Source: Lytechinus pictus (taxonomy: Eukaryota). Taken from it: a DNA stretch of 64,000 nucleotides. Shown here one piece after another: positions 56,301 through 63,476 of the stretch. Below the pieces are notes generated by a model. The model did no database searches and was not told the origin of the DNA. It saw nothing but the letters and a program-made list of their open reading frames with translations. Within the stretch, counting starts at the first letter, position 1, and every line of letters starts with the position of its first letter. A program made the translations under genes and the position numbers. Location: NCBI RefSeq assembly GCF_037042905.1, contig NC_087245.1, positions 18,726,001-18,790,000 of the forward strand, given 5' to 3'.

Positions 56301-59300
56301 ATAATGTGGATGTGCACCAGATAAATCAGACCGAATTTTACTACCTATTCCTTCCTTAACATACAAGGCCACTCCGCCTCCAGACTTGTCAGATCAACAG
56401 ACATGAAAAAAGGAGTATCCTGGTAACTGGAACAGATTGGTATCAGAAGTAGATTTTAACCATGTTTCAGAAATTCCAATTACCGAGAAGTTATGATTGA
56501 GGCAGTTCAATAAGTTAACCAACTCATCATAATTTTTATTCAGGCTTCTGGCATTGAGATGTAATAGATCAAAATTATTGACTGCACTTTTCCGAAAATC
56601 ATTACAATCAACATAGGTACAATTGTTTACTAAAACATTTACATCATCTTGCAAAGTATTATCCATTAAAACAACAGAGAGTACTGTAAATATCACATAG
56701 ACTTACATTTCTAACATCATAGTTGAAAGCAAAGCCAGGCCTAGACAAACACAAACACACACGCAAGCATACCGTAACCATACACACAAATAAACTACAC
56801 ACACTAGCACACAAAAGTAGCAACATGAAAACATGAAATATGCAAACCATAGTATAAAAGACTACCAGAAAAAAGAATAGCAAACATTGCAGAAATATAA
56901 ATAGCCTACATGAAAACGCTAAGTACTTCAGAATGAAAGACATACTAGATTAAATCAAGTGTAAAAGATATTGTAGAGAACAACAAAAACTACAACAACA
57001 ACAACAACAAAAAACAAAAACAACTAGACTGAAAAAAGTGATAAAAAGTTAAAAGTTCACAAGGAAATAGCAAAAAACAGCCAAGAGCATATCTATGACC
57101 AATAAAAGTTGGAAGTGGAAGAAAATACATGAAAAATATCAACAACTGCATTAAGGAAAGTGCTGGATAAGAACATCATTTAAGTCTCTTGAGATCATCA
57201 GCGGTATGGATTGGGCGTTTTGTTGATTGGCCCCCTGCCTCGTTGATGAGCGCAATGATGCGCCCATCACTTGACCAAGCCTCCTTGACCTTGCTACAAG
57301 ACTTTGTCTCCTTCAAAAGCTTGGCGTTGGCGCTGGTCAGATCTTCTTGTATTGATTTATTTAGGCCAGCCAGCTTTCTCCGTTGACGAAGCACAAGTTG
57401 ACGCACCCTGTATGAAACAAATTTTACGATGATGGCACGAGAAAGGGGTCGGCGACCTTCATCTGGTTGGTTCTTCGGCATCGGCTTGATCCTATGCGAA
57501 CTGTCTATGTCCGCCTTTGTGATTGTAACACCAAGCTTCTCGTTGACCAGCTGAATAACTGTCTCGTGTGTGTCCTCGTTGGGCTGCTCCTGAATCCCAA
57601 AGAACCGGAGGCAATTGCGCCGTGAATACTGCTCTTGATCATTGCTTCTTGATTTCAGTGTCTCAATGGCTCTTGCTTGAGACTCAAGGGCAGCCTCTAG
57701 AACATCAATCTTCTTGTCTTTCTCGGAATTGGCATGGGCTAGGTCAAGAACTTTGCCTTCCAGCTCCTCCACAGCAGTAGACAACTCGGATAACCTCTGA
57801 TCGACAACTTTCTGGACAAGGCTCAAGAAATTATCGTTCGTGAGGATATCAGAAATAACTGCAGTAATGATGTTTTTGTCTGCAGCCGTCTTGGTGCTGG
57901 ATGACCTTGTCTTAACGTTATCAGCCATGGATGATTGAGGTGATGCCAGACAAAAAAATAAAGAAGACCAGGAACTAAATGCGATACAGATGGTCAACGA
58001 TGGCTCCAACTTAAACAGACCAAAACATTTGAATTATAGTTTGTGTAATGAATAACAAATGTACCAGTACCACATACAAAAATGACAATGGGTGGGACTG
58101 AAGTGAAATATTTGACCATGTGGTGGTAATAAACAAGCTCAAAGTCACATTTTATACTCAAGATTCAGTTACATGCTGCTCCTAGCTGCTCCTCGAAGAG
58201 GTCCTTTCAAATGTGACATAGTGAGTTAAATAATAGATGGAATGATAAGGTGGGAAATAACGAATAACGAAGGTCTATACACACCAACTTCAACTAGCCA
58301 AAACCAATTACATCATAATGATTATTATTTAATTATTATCATCAGTAGCAAGAGTATTATTATTGTTGTTGCTCTCATTATCATCATCATCATCGTTATT
58401 TTCAGGCTGAGGAACTGAGGAAGCATTCGGTAGTCCTGTGCACATGCAACGTAGCTGGAACAAAACGCATCATAAAGCACACCAACATTATTCAGTGTAT
58501 AGTGGACGAGGCTGGTATGTGCAATGAGCCTGAGACACTGGTACCGCTAACCAGCACCCTCCCTCATCAAGTGGTGCTTATCGGAGATCACAAACAACTC
58601 AGGTCATTATAATTGCGACAATGTCAATGTAGTAACATTATTGATGAGGGTGATGATGAAATTGATGATGGCGATGAAGATGGTGGTGAATGTGTTTCAT
58701 TAAATGGTGCTAATGAAGATGATGATGTTAATAATGATTTTTCTTTGCTTCATAAAAAGATTTTATTCAGAATAAGAAACAAAACAATTCATTCATTTTA
58801 CAGAAATATGATAAAGCAAACATGTTTACAACAGCTGTACATGTGTACTATTACATGTATCTAATGATAAAACATAACATTTTTTTACTACAAAGAACCC
58901 GCTCAATTTCACAATAACGTTTGTGATGAAGATGATGATCATGATTATGTTGATGATGAAATTGATGATTGTGACGGTGATGATAATATTGATTGTCATG
59001 ATGAGGAGGACGGTGATGCTAATGTTTCTATTGAATGATGGTCATTATGATGATGATAATTCCTGTGCTGCCATTGCTGTTGGTGCTGATGATAATTATG
59101 ATAATAATGGTGGAGATAACAATGAAGATGGTGATGTTGACTGACAATAAAGCAATGATGATGATTATGATTATTTTGAAGATGATGTTGATATTATGCT
59201 ACCACTACTGATTAGGAAAATGACGATAATGAAAATTTAATGACATCAACAGTTCGAAACTTTTCCTTCTGTATTCCAGATTATTCTGCAGAATATTATT

Positions 59301-62300
59301 TCACTGTCGCAAACTATTGATTCTCATCTTTGATTCAGGCCAATCATCACAGAACCCAATGCACGAGATCTTGGCATGGAGGAGTCCCTCCTAGCAAAGT
59401 ACAAACGCAAAGCTCGTATGCTCACTATCCAGTATCGTATGGTAAGTCATAATGATTCTGATCACCAGTAACGCAAAGCTCGTATGCTCACTATCCAGTA
59501 TCGTATGGTAAGTCATAATGATTCTCATCACCAGTAACGCAAAGCTCGTATGCTCACTATCCAGTATCGTATGGTAAGTCATAATGATTCTGATCACCAG
59601 TAACGCAAAGCTCGTATGCTCACTATCCAGTATCGTATGGTAAGTCATAATGATTCTCATCACCAGTAACGCAAAGCTCGTATGCTCACTATCCAGTATC
59701 GTATGGTAAGTCATAATGATTCTCATCACCAGTAATGCAAAGCTCGTATGCTCACTATCCAGTATCGTATGGTAAGTCATAATGATTCTGATCACCAGTA
59801 ACGCAAAGCTCGTATGCTCACTATCCAGTATCGTATGGTAAGTCATAATGATTCTCATCACCAGTAACGCAAAGCTCGTATGCTCACTATCCAGTATCGT
59901 ATGGTAAGTCATAATGGTTCTCATCACCAGTAACGCAAAGCTCGTATGCTCACTATCCAGTATCGTATGGTAAGTCATAATGATTCTCATCACCAGTAAC
60001 GCAAAGCTCGTATGCTCACTATCCAGTATCGTATGGTAAGTCATAATGATTCTGATCACCAGTAACGCAAAGCTCGTATGCTCACTATCCAGTATCGTAT
60101 GGTAAGTCATAATGATTCTCATCACCAGTAACGCAAAGCTCGTATGCTCACTATCCAGTATCGTATGGTAAGTCATAATGATTCTCATCACCAGTAACGC
60201 AAAGCTCGTATGCTCACTATCCAGTATCGTATGGTAAGTCATAATGATTCTCATCACCAGTAACGCAAATCTCGTCTGCTCACTATCCAGTATCGTATGG
60301 TAAGTCATAATGATTCTCATCACCAGTAACGCAAAGCTCGTATGCTCACTATCCAGTATCGTATGGTAAGTCATAATGATTCTGATCACCAGTAACGCAA
60401 AGCTCGTATGCTCACTATCCAGTATCGTATGGTAAGTCATAATGATTCTGATCACCAGTAACGCAAAGCTCGTATGCTCACTATCCAGTATCGTATGGTA
60501 AGTCATAATGATTCTGATCACCAGTAACGCAAAGCTCGTATGCTCACTATCCAGTATCGTATGGTAAGTCATAATGATTCTCATCACCAGTAATGCAAAG
60601 CTCGTATGCTCACTATCCAGTATCGTATGGTAAGTCATAATGATTCTCATCACCAGTAACGCAAAGCTCGTATGCTCACTATCCAGTATCGTATGGTAAG
60701 TCATAATGATTCTCATCACCAGTAACGCAAAGCTCGTATGCTCACTATCCAGTATCGTATGGTAAGTCATAATGATTCTGATCACCAGTAACGCAAAGCT
60801 CGTATGCTCACTATCCAGTATCGTATGGTAAGTCATAATGATTCTCATCACCAGTAACGCAAAGCTCGTATGCTCACTATCCAGTATCGTATGGTAAGTC
60901 ATAATGATTCTCATCACCAGTAATGCAAAGCTCGTATGCTCACTATCCAGTATCGTATGGTAAGTCATAATGATTCTCATCACCAGTAACGCAAAGCTCG
61001 TATGCTCACTATCCAGTATCGTATGGTAAGTCATAATGATTCTCATCACCAGTAACGCAAAGCTCGTATGCTCACTATCCAGTATCGTATGGTAAGTCAT
61101 AATGATTCTGATCACCAGTAACGCAAAGCTCGTATGCTCACTATCCAGTATCGTATGGTAAGTCATAATGATTCTGATCACCAGTAACGCAAAGCTCGTA
61201 TGCTCACTATCCAGTATCGTATGGTAAGTCATAATGATTCTCATCACCAGTAACGCAAAGCTCGTATGCTCACTATCCAGTATCGTATGGTAAGTCATAA
61301 TGATTCTCATCACCAGTAACGCAAAGCTCGTATGCTCACTATCCAGTATCGTATGGTAAGTCATAATGATTCTCATCACCAGTAACGCAAAGCTCGTATG
61401 CTCACTATCCAGTATCGTATGGTAAGTCATAATGATTCTCATCACCAGTAACGCAAAGCTCGTATGCTCACTATCCAGTATCGTATGGTAAGTCATAATG
61501 ATTCTCATCACCAGTAACGCAAAGCTCGTATGCTCACTATCCAGTATCGTATGGTAAGTCATAATGATTCTCATCACCAGTAACGCAAAGCTCGTATGCT
61601 CACTATCCAGTATCGTATGGTAAGTCATAATGATTCTCATCACCAGTAACGCAAAGCTCGTATGCTCACTATCCAGTATCGTATGGTAAGTCATAATGAT
61701 TCTCATCACCAGTAACGCAAAGCTCGTATGCTCACTATCCAGTATCGTATGGTAAGTCATGATGATTCTCATCACCAGTAAATATGTTGCTCTGTATATT
61801 TGAATTTGTTTTTGTCACCAAGGAGGAATGTGACAAACGCAGATGAATAGATAGTTCAAGGACATACTGTCAGTGAGCTGAAAAGACTTTGTAACTCAAG
61901 TTATGGGAAGTCCCTTTCTTGTTTAATGAATGCAGTATGCTATCTATCAAGTTAAGTCCTGTCCAAATCCATGATCACTTTCTTGAAAGTTGAAACAACT
62001 TCACCTTGTCAAAGTAATGACTATCCCATTCAAGATTTTTTTTTTTTTTTTGGGGGGGACTATTTTTGTACTGCATGAATCTACAACATAAGATGAGCTT
62101 TACATTGCATTGAATGAGGGTTTTCTGGGGCTCTTCTGGTGCAAACTCATCCCCAGCCTCTATGTAATTTTTCCCTGATCCCGTTGGATACACTGTTATA
62201 CCATTCATATTTGTTTTCTCCTGTACATTTCACTTGTTTGAGGTTTGGGGGTTGTTATCAAAGAACACTACATGTAGGTCATTGTAACAATGGGATGATT

Positions 62301-63476
62301 AGACTTCCCAAATCCATGGCATCTCTCTGTCTATATTCATGTGCATTGGGCTGCAAGGGTTCCATGATATGATGATGATATCAAAATATCTTGACATTTC
62401 ATTGAATATATATAACATCCATCACATAGCACAATGTGTTGATGTCTTTCAGACAAGAAATATGCCTTGAAATGGAAAGATTTGTCAATTTGTAGCCCCT
62501 ACCAATATTTTATCCCCCCATCACTACATAGTAAATCTTAACTTATAAAAAAAAATTGGATGTGAATATTACTTGTCATGTTGACATTGATTATTTACTC
62601 TTAGTGGGCCATATTTCTCATGAATTCTGTAATCTGATTGGTCGATTTGTTTGTGAGATGAACCCTTATTTACCTACTTTACTGGGTCACAAACGTCAAA
62701 CAGGTAATATGAGCCCATTTCACCTGTTTGGTGTTTAGCTGTTGTTGTTTTAATGTTGTTTTCATTGTCATGCGCATGCCCAGTGCTGATGTCAATCACG
62801 TAATATAATATGAGGCTGTATTACGTGCGTATTCAAGCATCGCGCTGCGCACTATTTACACATCGATTTCAATGGCAAATCGCACTCTTTTTTTTTACTG
62901 TGATCATTGTGATGTCACGAATGACTTCCTTTCAGAAATCACTCTCAAAATGCAAGGTTTTGCTTTTGTTTTGGTTATTTCATTGATTTCCCCTATTCTG
63001 CAATAATATAAGGATACATCTACGCCTCTGGCCTCGTGGAATATGGAACCAGAACGTAGATATTTCCTGTATTACGTGAACAAACAGTGTGTAACTAATA
63101 ATATTGTAGTATATACAGCTAGCAATAATGCAATACCCCAATAAGCAATATAATATAGCCATATTAAAGAAAAACACTATTATACCAATTTGTTCACTTT
63201 CCAGCTTAAAAAAAAAAGAAAGTTATCCCAATTTGTTGTTACTTACAGCATGACTGGATCTGTTCCTTTCCATCGGACACTTTCTATGAGAGCAAACTGG
63301 AAACAGACTTGTCGGTCAAAAGCCGCAGCCCTGACCCTGTGAGAGCGATCTGGCCAAACAGAGGTCAAACCCCGACAGTCTTCTGTCATGTGTACGGCAA
63401 GGAGGAAACCCTAACGGTCAAGTCTGATGAAGGAAATGAGATGTCCAAAGGCAACATGGCAGAGGTCATGCACGCT
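3008..63476 (+). CDS. HELZ2: Multi-exon HELZ2-like gene, 3' end outside the window: TPR + ZC3H7-like zinc fingers + SF1 helicase + PAM2 + RNB exoribonuclease + SF1 helicase; 35 coding exons, about 3,744 aa in the window
   Basis: Exons joined by hand at GT-AG sites give one uninterrupted frame. Motifs: GPFGTGKT, IIDEAGQ, LAGDHKQ, NYRS, NVQG, NTAFTRA (helicase 1); TIDPPDSEDLDDA, EEMMVLAN, HFTSPIRR (RNB); GPPGTGKT, VDEAGM, IGDHKQL, QYRMH (helicase 2). The helicase-RNB-helicase order is diagnostic of HELZ2. Confidence 0.9.
3790..4640 (-). mobile_element. L2-like LINE 3' remnant, split by a TTAA MITE
   Basis: Minus strand reads SAPNY..YQPVRTLRSS [insertion] ..GNRAFAHAGPVLWNSLPQEL, typical of a CR1/L2 ORF2 C-terminus. 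Confidence 0.65.
3925..4518. mobile_element. Non-autonomous DNA transposon with TTAA target duplication (Kolobok-like)
   Basis: ttaa|AGGACAAGTCCACCCC ... GGGGTGGACTTGACCT|ttaa, long imperfect TIRs. Confidence 0.85.
4640..5045 (+). repeat. Truncated internal tandem units of HINE-like family A
   Basis: aaacttggacataagagtaatca..tcaggtcacatga..aaggtca units without termini. Confidence 0.8.
5591..5745. mobile_element. Palindromic MITE with CTG target duplication (Harbinger-like)
   Basis: gcctgttgcataaaactttttacctga ... tcaggtaaaaagttttatgcagcaggc; inverted copy of 30773-30927. Confidence 0.8.
7433..8600 (+). mobile_element. HINE/pearl-like element family A, full copy
   Basis: Subterminal inverted repeat gtctcgcctgca / tgcaggcgagac, internal tandem units of about 150-190 bp, T-rich insertion site, no TSD. 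Confidence 0.8.
8706..10568. mobile_element. Non-autonomous hAT-like element
   Basis: TIR caaggctccacatta / taatgtcgagccttg; subterminal ggtggccc..gggccacc palindromes at both ends. Confidence 0.7.
13063..13590. mobile_element. MITE with CCC(G)n terminus, right end truncated
   Basis: Inverted repeat ttgacgagtggataccatgcgcgacca / tggtcgcgcatggtatccactcgtcaa. Confidence 0.75.
13975..14011 (+). CDS. Coding exon 2, 37 nt (NSPDYVLHTLPE)
   Basis: Pyrimidine tract plus ctag acceptor; gtaatt donor; phases 2 to 0 bridge exons 1 and 3. Confidence 0.6.
14938..15185 (+). mobile_element. tRNA-derived SINE
   Basis: Box A tggctcagttgg and box B gttcaaacc, followed by a non-tRNA body and AT-rich tail. Confidence 0.75.
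15224..15427 (+). CDS. Coding exon 3, TPR-like (HFFRGVIDDLQKL...NTLLLRAACGLKL)
   Basis: tag acceptor, gtaggt donor, open frame with a TPR helix pattern. Confidence 0.8.
15510..15665 (+). mobile_element. 5'-truncated SINE fragment with L2-type tail
   Basis: ctccccagggagtggag core and taagcgctatataaa...(att)n 3' end. Confidence 0.55.
16903..16939 (+). CDS. Coding exon 4, TPR-like (GAFDVAFKDATR)
   Basis: tttag acceptor, gtatgt donor; completes the TPR pattern RAACxLKLG-F--A-KD. Confidence 0.8.
17775..17935. mobile_element. Degenerate Harbinger-like MITE
   Basis: cag|gggccggtaacacaaagcttagca ... tgctaacctttgtgttatggg. Confidence 0.55.
18540..18700 (+). CDS. Coding exon 5 (VLESTLDNRHALEIRTLAE...EKP)
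   Basis: tag acceptor, gtaagt donor, phases 1 to 0. Confidence 0.8.
19056..19277 (+). CDS. Coding exon 6 (FQWDKSHIDRLSKRLEDILG...QKPP)
   Basis: tgcag acceptor, gtgagt donor. Confidence 0.8.
19300..19737. mobile_element. Probable MITE
   Basis: Inverted motifs ccccaagtctgcac / gtgcgcagacttgggg with internal re-occurrences. Confidence 0.45.
20388..20556 (+). CDS. Coding exon 7, basic (NLS-like) then acidic stretch
   Basis: ttcag acceptor, gtaaac donor; KGKKKGRSRR...DDDDEEEEDE. Confidence 0.8.
20599..21197. mobile_element. Second copy of the TTAA (Kolobok-like) MITE, opposite orientation to 3925-4518
   Basis: aggtcaagtccacccc ... ggggtggacttgtcct|ttaa. Confidence 0.85.
21777..21829 (+). CDS. 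Coding exon 8 (GIAGLDDFGVSPPASKSH)
   Basis: gagcag tandem acceptor, gtaagt donor, phases 1 to 0. Confidence 0.6.
22108..22246. mobile_element. Decayed copy of the 5591/30773 MITE family
   Basis: ggtcctgttacat ... aaaagttttatgcaacaggccc. Confidence 0.5.
22781..22838 (+). CDS. Coding exon 9 (KNHEGLSDLDVDLGYRTPK)
   Basis: aag acceptor after a T-rich tract, gtaagt donor, phases 0 to 1. Confidence 0.6.
23289..23661 (+). CDS. Coding exon 10: MNGQRPV repeats and start of the first zinc-finger block (HEFRLACEICF)
   Basis: acag acceptor, gtactg donor. Confidence 0.85.
23360..23458 (+). repeat. Coding minisatellite, 21-bp unit x about 5 (MNGQRPV)
   Basis: atgaatgggcagcggccggta repeated within exon 10. 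Confidence 0.9.
23668..24282. mobile_element. MITE inserted 6 nt after the exon 10 donor
   Basis: gtcagatgcataaaaagtagcaattgct ... agcaattgctactttttatccatctgac. Confidence 0.75.
24496..24676 (+). CDS. Coding exon 11 (..RIRPRVKQDFKGRYALCQQFAAGIPCK)
   Basis: ctag acceptor, gtacga donor; first half of a CCCH finger. Confidence 0.85.
25281..26060 (+). CDS. Coding exon 12: end of a CCCH finger, Pro-rich linker, second zinc-finger block
   Basis: ttcag acceptor, gtactt donor; CWFPHSNEEMEVW, LCRLCFD, CWH..GC..GPKCSFAH. Confidence 0.9.
26477..26710 (+). CDS. Coding exon 13 (IETCLWLYE...HYKIK)
   Basis: acag acceptor, gttcgt donor. Confidence 0.85.
26970..27239. mobile_element. Harbinger-like MITE with CWG flanks
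   Basis: cag|gggcctgtctaacaaagagttgtgattgatcc ... ggatcaatcataattctttgtaagatggggcc|ctg. Confidence 0.75.
27506..28478 (+). mobile_element. HINE/pearl-like element family A
   Basis: Same head, tandem units and tail as 7433-8600. Confidence 0.8.
28732..29026 (+). CDS. Coding exon 14, third zinc-finger block (LACGLCF...CMYPHSPEERLLW)
   Basis: acag acceptor, gtaatg donor. Confidence 0.85.
29116..29965. mobile_element. Non-autonomous hAT-like element
   Basis: TIR cagggatgccag / ctggcatccctg; no clear TSD. Confidence 0.6.
30153..30477 (+). CDS. Coding exon 15, C2H2/matrin-type finger (YLCSYCDKPF..EHTNTMEH)
   Basis: ttag acceptor, gtaggt donor. Confidence 0.9.
30599..30769. mobile_element. Harbinger-like palindromic MITE
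   Basis: ctg|ggggctgcttcataaagctgttcg ... cgaacagctttatgaaacacccac|cag. Confidence 0.8.
30773..30927. mobile_element. Harbinger-like palindromic MITE abutting the previous one
   Basis: cag|gggcccgttgcataaaactttttacct ... aggtaaaaagttttatgcaacaggctc|ctg. Confidence 0.8.
31412..31622 (+). CDS. Coding exon 16 (CAEAHSQEELEEWKER...LLAEY)
   Basis: tcag acceptor, gtaggt donor; end of a CCCH finger. Confidence 0.9.
33084..33212 (+). CDS. Coding exon 17 (MTEEIPGIST...WEFEVQSVR)
   Basis: acag acceptor, gtaaga donor. Confidence 0.85.
33470..34283. mobile_element. Tc1/mariner-type MITE with long TIRs and TA target duplication
   Basis: ta|cagtgcgtcccacaaaaaacgaaac ... gtttcgttttttctgggatgcactg|ta. Confidence 0.85.
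34320..34738 (+). mobile_element. 3' UTR fragment of a CR1/L2-group LINE
   Basis: T-rich body ending aataaa..(ttgaa)n, the same tail style as the large LINE. Confidence 0.45.
34970..35168 (+). CDS. Coding exon 18 (KSLRRVGLLYDEHR...GLFHQWVVFDF)
   Basis: acag acceptor, gtaagt donor; QWVVFDFG motif of the HELZ/HELZ2 family. Confidence 0.9.
35180..35490. repeat. (GAT/GGT)n compound microsatellite
   Basis: Direct reading. Confidence 0.9.
35707..35875 (+). CDS. Coding exon 19 (GEKPVLLRKLSIHVG...)
   Basis: gtag acceptor, gtaagt donor. Confidence 0.9.
36283..36429 (+). CDS. Coding exon 20 (LIAHYKQP..NYKLHMHRMLNLEE)
   Basis: tcag acceptor, gtatgg donor. Confidence 0.9.
36770..36992 (+). CDS. Coding exon 21
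   Basis: gtag acceptor, gtgaga donor; GELFG..VYEAVI. Confidence 0.85.
37538..37779 (+). CDS. Coding exon 22 (IQFQLDRINFVYQHHAVDNL)
   Basis: acag acceptor, gtacgt donor. Confidence 0.9.
38256..38504 (+). CDS. Coding exon 23, helicase 1 Walker A (GPFGTGKT)
   Basis: gcag acceptor, gtaagt donor. Confidence 0.95.
39190..39374 (+). CDS. Coding exon 24 (SAADLYITEHL...)
   Basis: acag acceptor, gtaagt donor; completes motif Ia SNSAAD. Confidence 0.92.
40160..40401 (+). CDS. Coding exon 25, helicase 1 Walker B (FTHIIIDEAGQ) and LAGDHKQ
   Basis: acag acceptor, gtataa donor. Confidence 0.95.
40828..41211 (+). CDS. Coding exon 26, helicase 1 RecA2 lobe (SLIQRL..NYRS..IAVLTPY)
   Basis: acag acceptor, gtaaga donor. 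Confidence 0.95.
41727..41894. mobile_element. Harbinger-like MITE with CAG target duplication
   Basis: cag|ggggccgtttcataaaagttgtcagcactga ... tcagtgctgacaacttcatgaaacacccac|cag. Confidence 0.8.
42043..42118 (+). CDS. Coding exon 27 (VHIIRKELRRRGLGQITVDTVQNVQ)
   Basis: ctag acceptor, gtagag donor. Confidence 0.92.
42685..47071 (+). CDS. HELZ2: Coding exon 28, 4,387 nt: end of helicase 1, PAM2, acidic linker, cold-shock/OB region, RNB domain
   Basis: 1457-aa open frame; gcag acceptor; gtaagc donor just before the apparent stop; RNB motifs. Confidence 0.95.
47612..47715 (+). CDS. Coding exon 29 (RVENSMRKLEDTTPLIRNICL..)
   Basis: gtag acceptor, gtaaag donor, phases 2 to 1. Confidence 0.85.
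47813..50176 (+). mobile_element. HINE/pearl-like family A element with a second family A copy nested at 48726-49919
   Basis: Two heads (47813, 48726) and two tails (49919, 50176); the host unit resumes after the inner tail. Confidence 0.8.
50841..50990 (+). CDS. Coding exon 30 (LNKPQTEAVKMALKSTFSIIQGPP)
   Basis: caag acceptor, gtgagt donor; helicase 2 Q motif and start of Walker A. Confidence 0.92.
51379..51516 (+). CDS. Coding exon 31 (GTGKTVTG..ILYCGPSNKAVDV)
   Basis: ctag acceptor, gtaagt donor. Confidence 0.95.
51768..52418 (+). mobile_element. Short HINE/pearl-like family A copy
   Basis: Same termini, fewer internal units. Confidence 0.8.
52703..52986 (+). CDS. Coding exon 32 (IVRVYSE..SLHKLIR)
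   Basis: acag acceptor, gtatgt donor. Confidence 0.92.
53731..56660 (-). pseudogene. LINE ORF2 (AP endonuclease + reverse transcriptase), multiple frameshifts
   Basis: HLNARSL, GISETWL, VYRAP, DFNLNLL, SDHLPI; YRPIALL, QHGFR, DLSKAFD, GVPQGSVLGP, ADDT; split over several ORF fragments. Confidence 0.92.
57176..57928 (-). CDS. LINE ORF1 (coiled coil + L1-ORF1-like RRM/CTD), open frame
   Basis: MADNVKTRSS.., heptad-rich region, EQYSRRNCLRFFGIQE, DIDSSHRI, RAIIVKF, IQEDLT, AWSSDGRI. Confidence 0.85.
   Translation of the reverse strand: MADNVKTRSSSTKTAADKNIITAVISDILTNDNFLSLVQKVVDQRLSELSTAVEELEGKVLDLAHANSEKDKKIDVLEAALESQARAIETLKSRSNDQEQYSRRNCLRFFGIQEQPNEDTHETVIQLVNEKLGVTITKADIDSSHRIKPMPKNQPDEGRRPLSRAIIVKFVSYRVRQLVLRQRRKLAGLNKSIQEDLTSANAKLLKETKSCSKVKEAWSSDGRIIALINEAGGQSTKRPIHTADDLKRLK
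58406..58602 (+). CDS. Coding exon 33, helicase 2 Walker B (CIVDEAGMCNEPETLVPL..IGDHKQL)
   Basis: tcag acceptor, gtcatt donor; absent from the ORF track but read directly. Confidence 0.95.
58625..59250. repeat. Degenerate (GAT)n-rich intron
   Basis: Direct reading. Confidence 0.8.
59339..59441 (+). CDS. Coding exon 34 (PIITEPNARDLGMEESLLAKYKRKARMLTIQYRM)
   Basis: tcag acceptor, gtaagt donor; QYRM motif. Confidence 0.92.
59404..61779 (+). repeat. Minisatellite, 36 x 66 bp, spanning the exon 34/intron boundary
   Basis: Unit aacgcaaagctcgtatgctcactatccagtatcgtatg|gtaagtcataatgattct(c/g)atcaccagt; 2,376 bp = 36 units, nearly identical. Confidence 0.97.
63249..63476 (+). CDS. Coding exon 35 (HDWICSFPSDTFYESKL..SKGNMAE)
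   Basis: acag acceptor, gtaagt donor; continues QYRM-H..I..FPS..FY. Confidence 0.92.

Larger units (their letters stand above)
53353..58012 (-). mobile_element. Near-full-length CR1/L2-group non-LTR retrotransposon, antisense in intron 32
   Basis: ORF1, then APE-RT ORF2, then a 3' UTR ending aataaa(ttgaac)n. Confidence 0.92.

Noticed and set aside
59391..61775. 794-aa minus-strand ORF of 22-aa repeats
   Set aside because: By-product of a 66-bp unit with no stop in that frame; the unit derives from the + strand exon/intron junction.
59404..61779. CRISPR-like array
   Set aside because: No unique spacers, no cas genes, eukaryotic intron context.
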